Shown: positions 8,154 through 17,380, counted from the first letter of the stretch. The stretch is DNA of 29,359 bases from an uncultured Dehalococcoidia bacterium (GCA_950072105.1 CATMOE010000046.1:1-29359); one strand, 5' to 3'. Notes: generated from the letters alone by a model not told the origin. A program made the numbers and translations.

Positions 8154-9302
8154 CTAAGGCGCAGTTTTTTGAACGGCGTGTTTCTGGACCGCCCGGGTGA
8201 TCTCTTCTAGGGCGCGGTCGATCTCTTGCTCGGTGGTGTATCGGCCCACCGAGAAGCGCAGGGTGCCCATGGCGTATTCCATCGGCACCTGCATGGCTTC
8301 TAAAACGCTGGAGACTTCCACGTGGTCACTGTGGCAAGCGGCCCCCGCCGAGGCGTAGACACCCTGTAATTCATCCAGGATAACGTTTGCTTCCATGCCC
8401 CGGAAGCTGGCGCTGAGGGTGTTGGGCAGACGTTTGGTTGGATGGCCGTTGATCCGTATGTGCTCGAATCGTTCGCCTATCCCCGCTTCCAGCCGGTCAC
8501 GCATTGACTGCATGCGCCGGTGATATTCCGTCAGGTTGTTCTTCACCAACTCGCAGGCCTTGCCCAGGCCGACCATCTCGATGACGTTCTCGGTCCCCGC
8601 CCGCCAACCCATCTCATGGCTGGCGCCGTGCATCAGCTTTTCCAAGCGCACGCCGGAACGGATGTACAACGCGCCGATGCCCTTGGGCGCGTAGACCTTG
8701 TGTCCGGCGATGGACAACAGGTCCACTCCCAGATCGTCCACGTTGACCGGTATCTTACCCACCGATTGGGCACAGTCGGCGTGAAGCAGCACTCCCCGTT
8801 CCCTGGTGATCTTGCCTATCTCTTCCAAAGGCTCGATGGTGCCGACCTCGTTGTTGGCGTGCATGATGGAAACCAGAATCGTCTCGGGAGTGATGGCATC
8901 GGCCACCTGTTGGGGGTCCACCATGCCAAACTCGTCCACGGATAGGTAGGTTACCCGGCCGCCCTGCTCTTCCAAGTAACGGCACACCTCCAGCACTGCC
9001 GGGTGCTCCACCGACGAAGTGATTATGTGGTTGCCCTTTTCACGGTAAGCGCCGAAAACCCCCTTGATGGCGTGGTTGTTGGACTCAGTGCCTCCGCTGG
9101 TGAAGATGACTTCGTCCTCTTTAGCACCCAACATCTCCGCCAGTTGCCGCCGGGAGTTATCCACCGCGTGCTTAGCGGCCACGCCCGGAACGTGGGTGCT
9201 GGATGGGTTGCCGTACTGCTCGTGAATATAGGGCAACATGGCCTCGGCCACTTGGGGGTCGATGGGAGTTGTGGCGTTGTAGTCAAGATAGATGTGATCC
9301 AT
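8154..9302 (-). CDS. Class I cysteine desulfurase (IscS/NifS-like, PLP-dependent)
   Basis: IYLDYNATT, FTSGGTESNN, MHANNEVG, AGHKVYAPKGIGALY (PLP lysine), RAGTEN, SAGAACHS (catalytic Cys). Confidence 0.93.
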   Translation of the reverse strand: MDHIYLDYNATTPIDPQVAEAMLPYIHEQYGNPSSTHVPGVAAKHAVDNSRRQLAEMLGAKEDEVIFTSGGTESNNHAIKGVFGAYREKGNHIITSSVEHPAVLEVCRYLEEQGGRVTYLSVDEFGMVDPQQVADAITPETILVSIMHANNEVGTIEPLEEIGKITRERGVLLHADCAQSVGKIPVNVDDLGVDLLSIAGHKVYAPKGIGALYIRSGVRLEKLMHGASHEMGWRAGTENVIEMVGLGKACELVKNNLTEYHRRMQSMRDRLEAGIGERFEHIRINGHPTKRLPNTLSASFRGMEANVILDELQGVYASAGAACHSDHVEVSSVLEAMQVPMEYAMGTLRFSVGRYTTEQEIDRALEEITRAVQKHAVQKTAP

Positions 9303-9729
9303 TATGAGCACCTGCTTGTGGGATGATGCGTTGATCTTCATTGAGGCAAATATATACCAAACCGCCACGGCCGGGTAGGCCGCCGCCGGTATGATCCGCT
9401 TAAAGAAAGCGTTTAGGATATAAGGTGTCGCAGAAACTCCATGCGGCTCCCACCGTTGTTAACGCTGCGCCAGCCAAAGACGCAATCCTCCTAATATGCC
9501 CGGCGACGTCCCTTTGGAACCCCCAACAGTGTCGTGGATTCGTGCCTTTGGACCAACCGGCGTTTCTGGAAACTCAAAACGCTAGATATCGCGGCAAAGA
9601 GTAGCTCGTCCTTGGGACCGGAAATCCGTTACCCCATTTGGATTCGTATGACTTCGTGGTTAACTTACCAAACCCTCGCGAGAATCATCAAGAATTCTAG
9701 GCACGAATCGCAATAAATGAAGATAAGTC

Positions 9730-10701
9730 ATGAGTCTATTCCTAGTAGGAAACCGTCGAATCACAACCTTTGGGTTGATCTTGGTATCCATACTTTTCTT
9801 AGGCATCGGCTGCGCCGGTGCGACGGGACCTGCTGGTCCCGCGGGACCGGCAGGTCAATCACTCACTGCAGGTGATACCAGTGCTTCTGATCCCTCGACA
9901 CAATCTGGCCAGAGCAGCCAAGGCGAAGTGAAGATCGAATGGCTGTCCTGGTCGTTCTTCCGGATCACCACGCCCGGTGGGAAGGTCATCTTGACTAACC
10001 CCTGGTACACAAATCCAGACAGCAGTATCGGTCTTGACGACATTCCGGAGGCCGACATCATCCTGGTACCGGCGGGGCATCCCGACGAGGTCGGCAATGC
10101 CCGAGAGATCGCGGCGAAGACCGGCGCGACAATCGTCGCTTCACACGAGCTCGTTAACCTAGTCTGGAAAGACCCAGATGCGGGATTCGGCGCTCCGGTG
10201 ATATTCGATGGCGTCACCATTCAAAGTGAATCCGTCCAACCAGGCACGACGGTCACGATCGATGGGGTCACCATCCGCGCCGTCACCGCGCTTCATGGCA
10301 ACTGGAACACGGGCGGTCCGGCGATGGGGTTCTTCATCACTTTGGAGAACGGTTACACCATCTATCACAGTGGTAGTACCGATTTCACCTTGGACATGAA
10401 GCTGTGGGGCGAGTTGTTTAAACCAAACGCGGCGATTCTCTACCTGGCATCCGGCCAGAACCCCCGCGATGTCGCGATCATGGCGCAAATGCTGTCAGAG
10501 AATAATCCCAATCTCAAGACAATAATGCCCCAACACCACCGGCTTAATCCGCCGGAAAGGCGTTCCCCGGCCGATCTCGGAAAAGCGATGGCGGAGCTCC
10601 GGCTGGACATGGAACTACTCGACCCTCGCCCATCAGCACAACAGCGCCAACGGCGAAGACTTTCAAAAAAGTCCGGCGTGACATATGGAGTCGTTTCATA
10701 A
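9730..10701 (+). CDS. Putative lipoprotein with a short collagen-like linker and an MBL-fold domain (UPF0173-like) with degenerate metal motifs
   Basis: Signal peptide ending LGIG-C, G-P-A repeats, then IEWLSWSFFRI, TNPW, DIILVPAGHPDEVG, GFFI, IYHSGST, MPQHH. Confidence 0.7.
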   Translation: MSLFLVGNRRITTFGLILVSILFLGIGCAGATGPAGPAGPAGQSLTAGDTSASDPSTQSGQSSQGEVKIEWLSWSFFRITTPGGKVILTNPWYTNPDSSIGLDDIPEADIILVPAGHPDEVGNAREIAAKTGATIVASHELVNLVWKDPDAGFGAPVIFDGVTIQSESVQPGTTVTIDGVTIRAVTALHGNWNTGGPAMGFFITLENGYTIYHSGSTDFTLDMKLWGELFKPNAAILYLASGQNPRDVAIMAQMLSENNPNLKTIMPQHHRLNPPERRSPADLGKAMAELRLDMELLDPRPSAQQRQRRRLSKKSGVTYGVVS

Positions 10702-10843
10702 TGTCATCCTTCTCCGTGGCGTTGAACCACCGCCAATATCCGGTCGGGCTGTAAACACCGGTTTTTCATGACTAGCGCCCCCAAGGCACCGAAGCATTTC
10801 GACGGACCGCTGGTCCGCAATTATTGGTTAGGATACTCCCCAG

Positions 10844-10852
10844 TGTTATAAT
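10844..10852 (+). promoter_or_regulatory. Extended -10 promoter upstream of the HpcH aldolase
   Basis: TGtTATAAT. Confidence 0.5.
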
Positions 10853-10864
10853 CCACCACCGGCA

Positions 10865-10901
10865 GACTTCTGAAGGCAAAACTAACTGAACTTCGGAAGT
10901 C
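10865..10901. repeat. REP-like inverted repeat (family D)
   Basis: GACTTCTGAAG-N15-CTTCGGAAGTC, an 11-bp stem with one G-U pair. Confidence 0.55.
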
Positions 10902-10910
10902 CACTTATTG

Positions 10911-10960
10911 TCACCACGGAAAAATTATAACTTCACGTACTCGGTGCCCTCTGTGGTGAA
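10911..10960. repeat. REP-like inverted repeat (family C)
   Basis: TCACCACGGA...CTCGGTGCCCTCTGTGGTGAA; the reverse complement TTCACCACAGAGGGCACCGAG resembles 28642-28672. Confidence 0.55.
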
Positions 10961-10988
10961 ATCGAGTCGTTCAAATTGAGGAGAATTC

Positions 10989-11759
10989 ATGCGCACCAAC
11001 ACCACCAAAGCAAAGCTGGCCGAAGGGAAAGTAGTCTTCGGGGCGATCATCAACCGTTACGCTCCGGATCAGGTTGAACTCTTCGGCGCTCTCGGCTACG
11101 ACTTCGTAATGATCGATTGTGAGCACGGGCCCATGGATCTGGACCAGGTAGAACACATGGTCCGAGCCGGAGAGGTTTTCGGTATAACTCCCATTACCCG
11201 GATCCCGAACCATGCTGACGATACGATCCTGCGGTTCCTGGACCGGGGAGTGCAGGGCATCATCGTGCCCCACATCAACACCCGGGAAGACGCCGACGCC
11301 GTGGCCCGGGCGGCCCGTTATTATCCTGAAGGACACCGGGGAGTTGGCGGGGGACGCGCCCACGACTACGGGGTGGGCACAACCCGCGACGAGTCAACGG
11401 CCTGGATAAACTCCCAGATGCTAGTCATACCCATGGTGGAGGAGACCGAAGCCGTTGAAAACCTGGACGCCATCCTGAGCGTGCCGGGAGTAGACGTATT
11501 GCACGTGGCTGCCGGGGACCTGGGACAGAGCATGGGCAATCCAGGTCCCGGAGACGTGCGCCGCTTAATGAGCCAGGTAGTACCCAAGATACGGTCCGGA
11601 GGCGTCAACGTGGGCGTGGGCGGCAACAACCCCGCAGATGCCGCCGGGATCGCCGAATTCATCAAACTGGGCGCCAACTTCGTGACTGTATCCGCCCAAG
11701 GACTGCTGCGGCTAGGGGCCGAAGACTTTAGGAAGCGGGTGGATGCGGCGCTTCAGTAG
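10989..11759 (+). CDS. HpcH/HpaI class II aldolase family protein
   Basis: GYDFVMIDCEHG, RIP, LDRGVQGIIVPH, YYPEGHRG, MVEE, GDLGQSMG. GAGGAG RBS. Confidence 0.92.
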   Translation: MRTNTTKAKLAEGKVVFGAIINRYAPDQVELFGALGYDFVMIDCEHGPMDLDQVEHMVRAGEVFGITPITRIPNHADDTILRFLDRGVQGIIVPHINTREDADAVARAARYYPEGHRGVGGGRAHDYGVGTTRDESTAWINSQMLVIPMVEETEAVENLDAILSVPGVDVLHVAAGDLGQSMGNPGPGDVRRLMSQVVPKIRSGGVNVGVGGNNPADAAGIAEFIKLGANFVTVSAQGLLRLGAEDFRKRVDAALQ

Positions 11760-11791
11760 CTTTGATCGAGCTTGCTCTAGCGACGTGATGT

Positions 11792-11950
11792 CCTTCGACA
11801 AGCTCAGGACGAACGGGAAAGGAGACTCCCTTCGTTCGTGGTGACCCCGATGTAATCGGGACGAATCACTGGGCACCCGGTTCTAGGCCGGTTCCACGCT
11901 CCCCTACCGGTCGTGGTGAGCCTGTCGAACCACTGGGCACTCCGTTTTAG
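11792..11950. repeat. Cluster of REP-like elements (family B), three copies, one with a nested mini-palindrome
   Basis: CCTTCGACAAGCTCAGGACGAACGG at 11792-11816; CGTTCGTGGTGAC[CCCGATGTAATCGGG]ACGAATCAC from 11833; CCGGTCGTGGTGAGCCTGTCGAACCAC at 11907-11933. Confidence 0.8.
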
Positions 11951-11977
11951 AGCGACGGTTCCTCCCACGGTATCCGG

Positions 11978-12643
11978 CTACTCAGATTCTGGCTCCTCCG
12001 GATCAGGTTGTGGGTTGGCCGCCGCTTGTTGTTGCTGAGCGGCCCACTGCTGATACCAAGTCCGGAAGTCGGCCAGAGCCGGCGGGGCGACGAAAAATAC
12101 TTCAATGTCCTCGGCAAACTGCACCTGGTGGCGTTCGTTGATCATCAGTAGACCCAGCTCGTTCGCCCCCAGAGTTTCATCTATCTGAGACCCGATCTTC
12201 TCGTATCTGCTCTTGTTACGTTCCGCCATCCATTCGTTAAGGGCCAGAGACACCTTTTCGGTCATCAATGGGACCATCAAGCATCGTTGGAGGTCCAACG
12301 CCTCCATCAAAATCTCCTGATCTTCCGTGGCTTCCAGGGCTGCTCCCGCCTGACACTTGGCGGCTATTAGCCCATGACTCCGCTGATCCATTGCCTCCAG
12401 TTGCTTCAGTCCCTCGTCTCCACCAGAAGTCAGGCTTTCGTGGTAGATGTGGCTCAAGCCGCCCAGCTTGGACTCCAAGGCCGATATCTGGGCTTGAACT
12501 TGCTCCCAATAGCGCATCAAGATGGCCTTTCCTTCCTCGGACCCGGTTGGCGGGCCATACAACAATGGCACCAGCATCAACTTTCTTTTGCCGCTGAACC
12601 GGTCGGTGCTGGGCCGTTCCATGCGGGATAATTCTTGCGACAT
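11978..12643 (-). CDS. Conserved hypothetical protein (resembles a Dehalococcoidia-type family)
   Basis: 221-aa ORF with GGAGG RBS; RKLMLVPL, YWEQV, HIYHES, IEVFFVAPPAL. Family resemblance is from memory. Confidence 0.75.
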   Translation of the reverse strand: MSQELSRMERPSTDRFSGKRKLMLVPLLYGPPTGSEEGKAILMRYWEQVQAQISALESKLGGLSHIYHESLTSGGDEGLKQLEAMDQRSHGLIAAKCQAGAALEATEDQEILMEALDLQRCLMVPLMTEKVSLALNEWMAERNKSRYEKIGSQIDETLGANELGLLMINERHQVQFAEDIEVFFVAPPALADFRTWYQQWAAQQQQAAANPQPDPEEPESE

Positions 12644-12746
12644 GGGTCACCTCCAAGAAAGGGGCATTATGGTCCTAGGAAAAGCAGTGCGAGTTGATGT
12701 AGCGACGGAAGTTATTCTAGCAAAAAGTTCGGACATGCCGGCGGCT

Positions 12747-14003
12747 TTACTCCGCGGCAATCCCGCTAAGAGGCAACTTAATGACAAAGGTGGAGCCCGA
12801 GGGTTGACCTTTTTCTTCCCCCTCGGTCTTGGTTTCTATCCGGATGTCCCCGCCGTGGCCTCGAACGATCTCCCGGGCGATGGCCAGTCCCAAGCCGGTG
12901 CCATGCTCCTTTCCCGAGGTTACGAATGGTTCGAATATCCTGGGTCTGAGGTCTTCAGGAATACCGGTACCCGTGTCCGTCACGGCCAACTCCCAGGAAT
13001 CACCCAGGACTCGGCTGCTTATCGTTAATGTCCCGCCTTTGGGCATGGCGTCGGTAGCGTTCCCCGCGATGTTTATAACGACCCGGCGCAATCTGTCGGC
13101 GTCGATATGCACCGGCCCCCGATGCTCAAGTTCAGTGATCAAGGAAACGTTGGATGCTTCAACGTCCTCCCGAAGGAATTCGATGATACGGTCCAACCAT
13201 GGGCCAACCTGGACCTCTTGCGGTTGCAGGCTGATATTGCCCCTGGAGTAGTCCAGCAGTTCCTGGGTCATGGCAAGAAACCGGTCCACGTCCTCCAGTA
13301 TCAGGTCGGAGAACGTCTGCCGCCGGTCGGGGTCCATGTCCGGGTTGGCCAACAACTCGGCGAATCCCCGGATAACCGACATGGGTTTTTTCAAATCGTG
13401 GATGATGGAGGAGGCCATCCGGCCGATGACCGACAACTGCTCGGACTGGACCATGCGCTCGACCAAGCGGGCATTCTCGATCGCGATGGCTGCTTGGTTG
13501 GCGACAACCTCCAAAAGGCGGCCGTCAGTCTCAGTGAACCTGGGCCCTCCCCGCTTGTTTATCACTTCCAACACGCCCAAGAGTTCTTCCCGCCTCTTGA
13601 TGGGCGTAGCCAAGATACTGCGGGTGGTAAACCCCGTTCTTCTATCGTTGGTAGGGTCCCAGCGGGGGTCGTTCTGGGCATCTTCCACCAGCACAAAGGT
13701 ATTGGTTGATGCTGCAGCCCCAAGGATCCCCTGCTCTATAGCCTGGCTCAGATGCCGGACGCTCTCGCTTTCCTCGCCGGAGGCGAACTTTATGTGCGGC
13801 CGGTTGTCCTCCGGGTCGTAAAGGGTGATACAGCTGGCCTCAGCCTCCACCGCAGCCTCCGCCTCCTGCATAATGAGGGTCAGCAAGTCCTCCAGGTTAT
13901 CGATGGAACTGATAAACCTGTTAACCTGATAAAATGTTTCGACCTGCAACCTGAGGACTTCAGTCTCACGTTGCGGACCCGCGCTGCTGTTCATATGACC
14001 CAC
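12747..14003 (-). CDS. Cytoplasmic GAF-domain sensor histidine kinase
   Basis: GAF domain (TGFTTRSILATPI, GVLEVINK), H-box IIHDLKKPM, N-box INIAGNATDAM, DTGTGIP, IFEPFVT, GTGLGL. Start at 14003 or 13994. Confidence 0.93.
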   Translation of the reverse strand: MGHMNSSAGPQRETEVLRLQVETFYQVNRFISSIDNLEDLLTLIMQEAEAAVEAEASCITLYDPEDNRPHIKFASGEESESVRHLSQAIEQGILGAAASTNTFVLVEDAQNDPRWDPTNDRRTGFTTRSILATPIKRREELLGVLEVINKRGGPRFTETDGRLLEVVANQAAIAIENARLVERMVQSEQLSVIGRMASSIIHDLKKPMSVIRGFAELLANPDMDPDRRQTFSDLILEDVDRFLAMTQELLDYSRGNISLQPQEVQVGPWLDRIIEFLREDVEASNVSLITELEHRGPVHIDADRLRRVVINIAGNATDAMPKGGTLTISSRVLGDSWELAVTDTGTGIPEDLRPRIFEPFVTSGKEHGTGLGLAIAREIVRGHGGDIRIETKTEGEEKGQPSGSTFVIKLPLSGIAAE

Positions 14004-14247
14004 GTACCCCGATTGATATCGGCCAGGACCAACGGGGAATCGTACTGCCGCTAGTATAACCCCGGAAGCGGAGGCAAGTCAGCCTGGGAAAACACCATAG
14101 TTGTAGAGAGGTTTACCCATACCTAATATCCCTAGCGGCTCCAGGTAACTCCACTTTTTGTCGGAAGGGGCCATCATATGCGGTTGCCCTTATTCGGGAT
14201 AATGTGGTAAATTACGCTCAGTTGTAATTAGCTACAAGGAGTCTTGA

Positions 14248-14436
14248 ATGGCCTACGTAACCCCAAGGGAGGGGGAAAACCCCGAGAGCCTGGTCAACCG
14301 GTTCCGCGCATCAGTCCAGCATTCCGGAATTCTCCGAGAGCTAAAGGACCGCCGCTTCTTCCGCTCCAAGGCGCAGAAAGAACGCTTGGCCGCCCAGCGT
14401 GCCGCCCGTCGGCGACGCCGTCAACACCGCCGCTAA
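14248..14436 (+). CDS. rpsU: 30S ribosomal protein S21
   Basis: VTPREGENPESLVNRFR...GILRELKDRRFF with a basic C-terminus; AAGGAG RBS. Confidence 0.9.
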   Translation: MAYVTPREGENPESLVNRFRASVQHSGILRELKDRRFFRSKAQKERLAAQRAARRRRRQHRR

Positions 14437-14571
14437 GCCGGCCTAGTCCTGCTCTTGAATCCCACCAAGGCCAGTTAGCAGCCGCTGCTTGAGTGTATCG
14501 AGCAGCGCTCCGAATTTTGGCTTGGTTCCGTACAAGCTAGACTAGCTCTCTTACACTCCACCACATCCACC

Positions 14572-15690
14572 TCACCCTAGCGCCCGGTCCAGGTCTTCGA
14601 TCAAATCATCGGCATTTTCCAGACCTATGGAGAGCCGTAGAAGGTTCTCCGGTGTTTGGCTGCCCGGCCCTTCGATGGATGCCCGATGCTCGATAAAGCT
14701 TTCCGTGCCGCCCAAACTGGTCGCCCGGGTGAATAGCTCCACTTTGGCCGCCACCGCCATCGCCTCTTCCCGGCCGCCTTTCACTTGGACGGATATCATG
14801 CCGCCGAACATCTCCATCTGCCGCGCCGCGATCTGGTGACCGGGATGTTCATCCAATCCTGGATAGTGAACTTCATCTACCCCAGAATGACGGCTGAGAA
14901 AGGCGGCTACTTTCGCCCCGTTCTCCGAATGGGCCCGCATGCGGTAGGGCAAAGTCCTGATGCCCCGCAACACCAGCCAACAATCGAAGGGCGACGGCAC
15001 CGCACCCCCGGAAACCTGGATCCGCTTCACCTTGGGGAACAGCTCGTTCTCGGCGGCGCCGACCACGGCCCCTCCGGTCACGTCGCTGTGGCCTCCCAGG
15101 TATTTGGTGGTGCTGTGGACCACCAGGCCGGCGCCCAACTCCAGGGGACGCTGGAGGGCCGGAGTAGCCCAGGTGTTATCGCAAACGCATTCGGCGCCCG
15201 CCCCTCGGGCAATCTCCGCCGCCCGCTGAATATCCGTTACCTTAAGCAAGGGGTTGGAAGGTGTCTCGATCCATAACAACCTGGTGGCCGGGCGTATCGC
15301 CCGTTCTATCTGGGCCGGGTCGGTCATGTCTAGAAATGTTGTTTCCAATCCCCAAGGCGCGAATATCTCGTTGAGAATCCGCGCCGTACCGTGGTAGACG
15401 TCATTGGGAGCAAGGACGTGATCACCGGGTGACAAGGATTGGAACACCGCCATGCTGGCCGCGGACCCTGAAGCGAAGGTCGCCGCCTCCGCCCCTCCCT
15501 CCAAGGCGGCCAGACACTCCTCCAACATCGCCCTGTTTGGGTTGGAGTTCCTGGCGTAGATATATCCCTGGGGATAGCCGCCGTCCTCACCACGCTCAAA
15601 AGTAGTGGTGAGGTGGATGGGAAGGGTCACGGCGCCGGTGGCGGGATCAACTCTGTTTCCTGAATGCACCGCCAAGGTTTCGATCTTCAT
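14572..15690 (-). CDS. Cys/Met metabolism PLP enzyme (cystathionine gamma-synthase/lyase)
   Basis: YARNSNPNR, FASGSAA, WIETPSNP, DNTWATP, HSTTKYLGGHSD, ATSLGGTES, LRLSIGLE. ATG at 15690 with GGAGG RBS. Confidence 0.92.
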   Translation of the reverse strand: MKIETLAVHSGNRVDPATGAVTLPIHLTTTFERGEDGGYPQGYIYARNSNPNRAMLEECLAALEGGAEAATFASGSAASMAVFQSLSPGDHVLAPNDVYHGTARILNEIFAPWGLETTFLDMTDPAQIERAIRPATRLLWIETPSNPLLKVTDIQRAAEIARGAGAECVCDNTWATPALQRPLELGAGLVVHSTTKYLGGHSDVTGGAVVGAAENELFPKVKRIQVSGGAVPSPFDCWLVLRGIRTLPYRMRAHSENGAKVAAFLSRHSGVDEVHYPGLDEHPGHQIAARQMEMFGGMISVQVKGGREEAMAVAAKVELFTRATSLGGTESFIEHRASIEGPGSQTPENLLRLSIGLENADDLIEDLDRALG

Positions 15691-15834
15691 GCCACGCCTC
15701 CGAACCTCGACATGATGCCCAGCCGGCTTCTGGCCGAGGAATGAAATCTTGATCCAGACTATGGACGTATCATTACGGAATTGTTGCGTCTTGGTTAAAT
15801 CGTTGTTATCGATCATAGCGATCGATTCCGAAGA

Positions 15835-16695
15835 TTAAACCTCGATACGCATCAGCTCCTCGGAGAAGATCAACTGCCCATCATAGATACGGCGCACGTC
15901 GCCGATGCCCTTCTCCATGGCGACATGGCCCGATAGGTGAGGGCCGACGTGAACCAGTACCAGCTTCTTAACTCCAGCCTCCTGGGCCATGCGCGCCGCC
16001 CCGGTGGTGCCGCACTGGCCGCCGGCCTCTCCGTTCTCGTCCATAACTTCCTGGTCGTCCCAACACATACATAGCATCATGTCGGCGCCCTTGGCAAGGT
16101 CGATCACGCTCTGGCAGGGTTGGGTGTCGCCGGTGAACACCACACTGCCCTCAGAAGTGTCCACCCGGTAGGCCAGGGAATCCAGCCATGGTTGGACGTG
16201 CTCGGCATTGGCCGAGGTCACTTGCCAATCGTTGCCGCTGTACACTGGGCCCGGACCCACGTCCAAAGCGTCCACAACGGGGATCGGTCTTGGCAGTGTG
16301 CCGCCCCGGTTCACGAACACCTTCTGGCTCAAGGGATGATTGACCCGTGCTTTCCAATCGTGGGAAAAGAGACCATCCTCTCCGATGATTCCCTCGGTGA
16401 TCTTCTCGGTGAGGGCCGGTCCAAACACCTTTAGCCGGTTCTCTTTCCCGATGCTCTGGTCCCAACGGCACAGAAGAAAACAAGGATAGTCTATGTCGTG
16501 ATCGAAGTGGTGGTGGGTGAAAAACAGGTGGTCTACCTGAGTGGGGAACAGACCTGCTTTCACCAGCTTGTGCGTGGCCGCCGGGCCGCAGTCGAACATC
16601 AGTAACTGCTCACCGAACTTGATAACGTGGGAACTGCCGAACCGTTCCGCGGTTGGTGTGGGCGTGCCCCCGCCCAGAACAAAAATTTCCGCCAT
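15835..16695 (-). CDS. MBL-fold metallo-hydrolase, RNase Z/arylsulfatase-like
   Basis: VLGGGTP, FDCGP, FTHHHFDH, AYRVD, FTGDT, KLVLVH. ATG at 16695 after AGAGGAG. Confidence 0.85.
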   Translation of the reverse strand: MAEIFVLGGGTPTPTAERFGSSHVIKFGEQLLMFDCGPAATHKLVKAGLFPTQVDHLFFTHHHFDHDIDYPCFLLCRWDQSIGKENRLKVFGPALTEKITEGIIGEDGLFSHDWKARVNHPLSQKVFVNRGGTLPRPIPVVDALDVGPGPVYSGNDWQVTSANAEHVQPWLDSLAYRVDTSEGSVVFTGDTQPCQSVIDLAKGADMMLCMCWDDQEVMDENGEAGGQCGTTGAARMAQEAGVKKLVLVHVGPHLSGHVAMEKGIGDVRRIYDGQLIFSEELMRIEV

Positions 16696-16852
16696 GCTCT
16701 CTCCTCTTGTAGTCTTTGAGTATTTTCTTCGAGTTTTGCGCCCGATTGTTGCGTCACCAGAATACCATTCGGTGATAACCAAAGTAACCGGTCGATCGCT
16801 CGCTGGCGAGTAGGACAGGGCGATAAAGCCGTTCCCCCGGCATAGAATCGCA

Positions 16853-16881
16853 TTGACAGTCCAAAGTGGTACTGGTAAATT
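16853..16881 (+). promoter_or_regulatory. Sigma70-type promoter for the FmdB-like gene and dtd
   Basis: TTGACA-N17-TAAATT. Confidence 0.6.
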
Positions 16882-16944
16882 GGATAAGTTGGTCTAATGT
16901 GACCGGCATTCTTTATCAAGACCTTTCCCAATAGGAGTATCCGA

Positions 16945-17316
16945 GTGCCACGTTACGACTATCGTTGCACGTCTTGCGGCGACGAGTTCGAGCTAACCCA
17001 AAGTTTCAGTGAGGCTGGGAAAGGGACCTGCCCGGTATGTTCCGGGGCAGGACAACGAGTCTTCCACGCCGTTCCGGTGATCTACAAAGGCTCCGGCTTT
17101 TACACCACAGATTACGGGCGGCCCAAGCCCCCGGTGGAAAACGGCAGCAAGGACGATTCCTCTACCAAGGAAAGCAAACCTGCTGCCACGGAAGGGACGT
17201 CCGGGAGTTCGGACAGCAAATCAAGTTCCAGCGATACATCTTCAACTTCATCCTCCGGTTCGTCGGACTCCAAAAGCGAGAGTTCGGCAAAGGCTTCCAG
17301 CGATTCCGGGAGCTAG
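16945..17316 (+). CDS. FmdB family zinc-ribbon protein with a Ser-rich tail
   Basis: MPRYDYRCTSCG...CPVC...YKGSGFYTTDY. Confidence 0.9.
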   Translation: MPRYDYRCTSCGDEFELTQSFSEAGKGTCPVCSGAGQRVFHAVPVIYKGSGFYTTDYGRPKPPVENGSKDDSSTKESKPAATEGTSGSSDSKSSSSDTSSTSSSGSSDSKSESSAKASSDSGS

Positions 17317-17380
17317 CCTCATTACCGGTGTTGGCGCCCACGGCCTGGGTCTTTAGGGGCATAGAAGAAGGTAAGCGCCG

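Noticed and set aside
9534..9716. 60-aa ORF upstream of the lipoprotein
   Set aside because: No RBS or recognisable motif; probably spurious.
11792..11950. CRISPR array
   Set aside because: Repeats are imperfect, in mixed orientation and irregularly spaced, and no cas genes are present.
15691..15834. SAM riboswitch or T-box upstream of the metB-like gene
   Set aside because: The minus-strand sequence lacks SAM-I core motifs and the T-box UGGNACC consensus.
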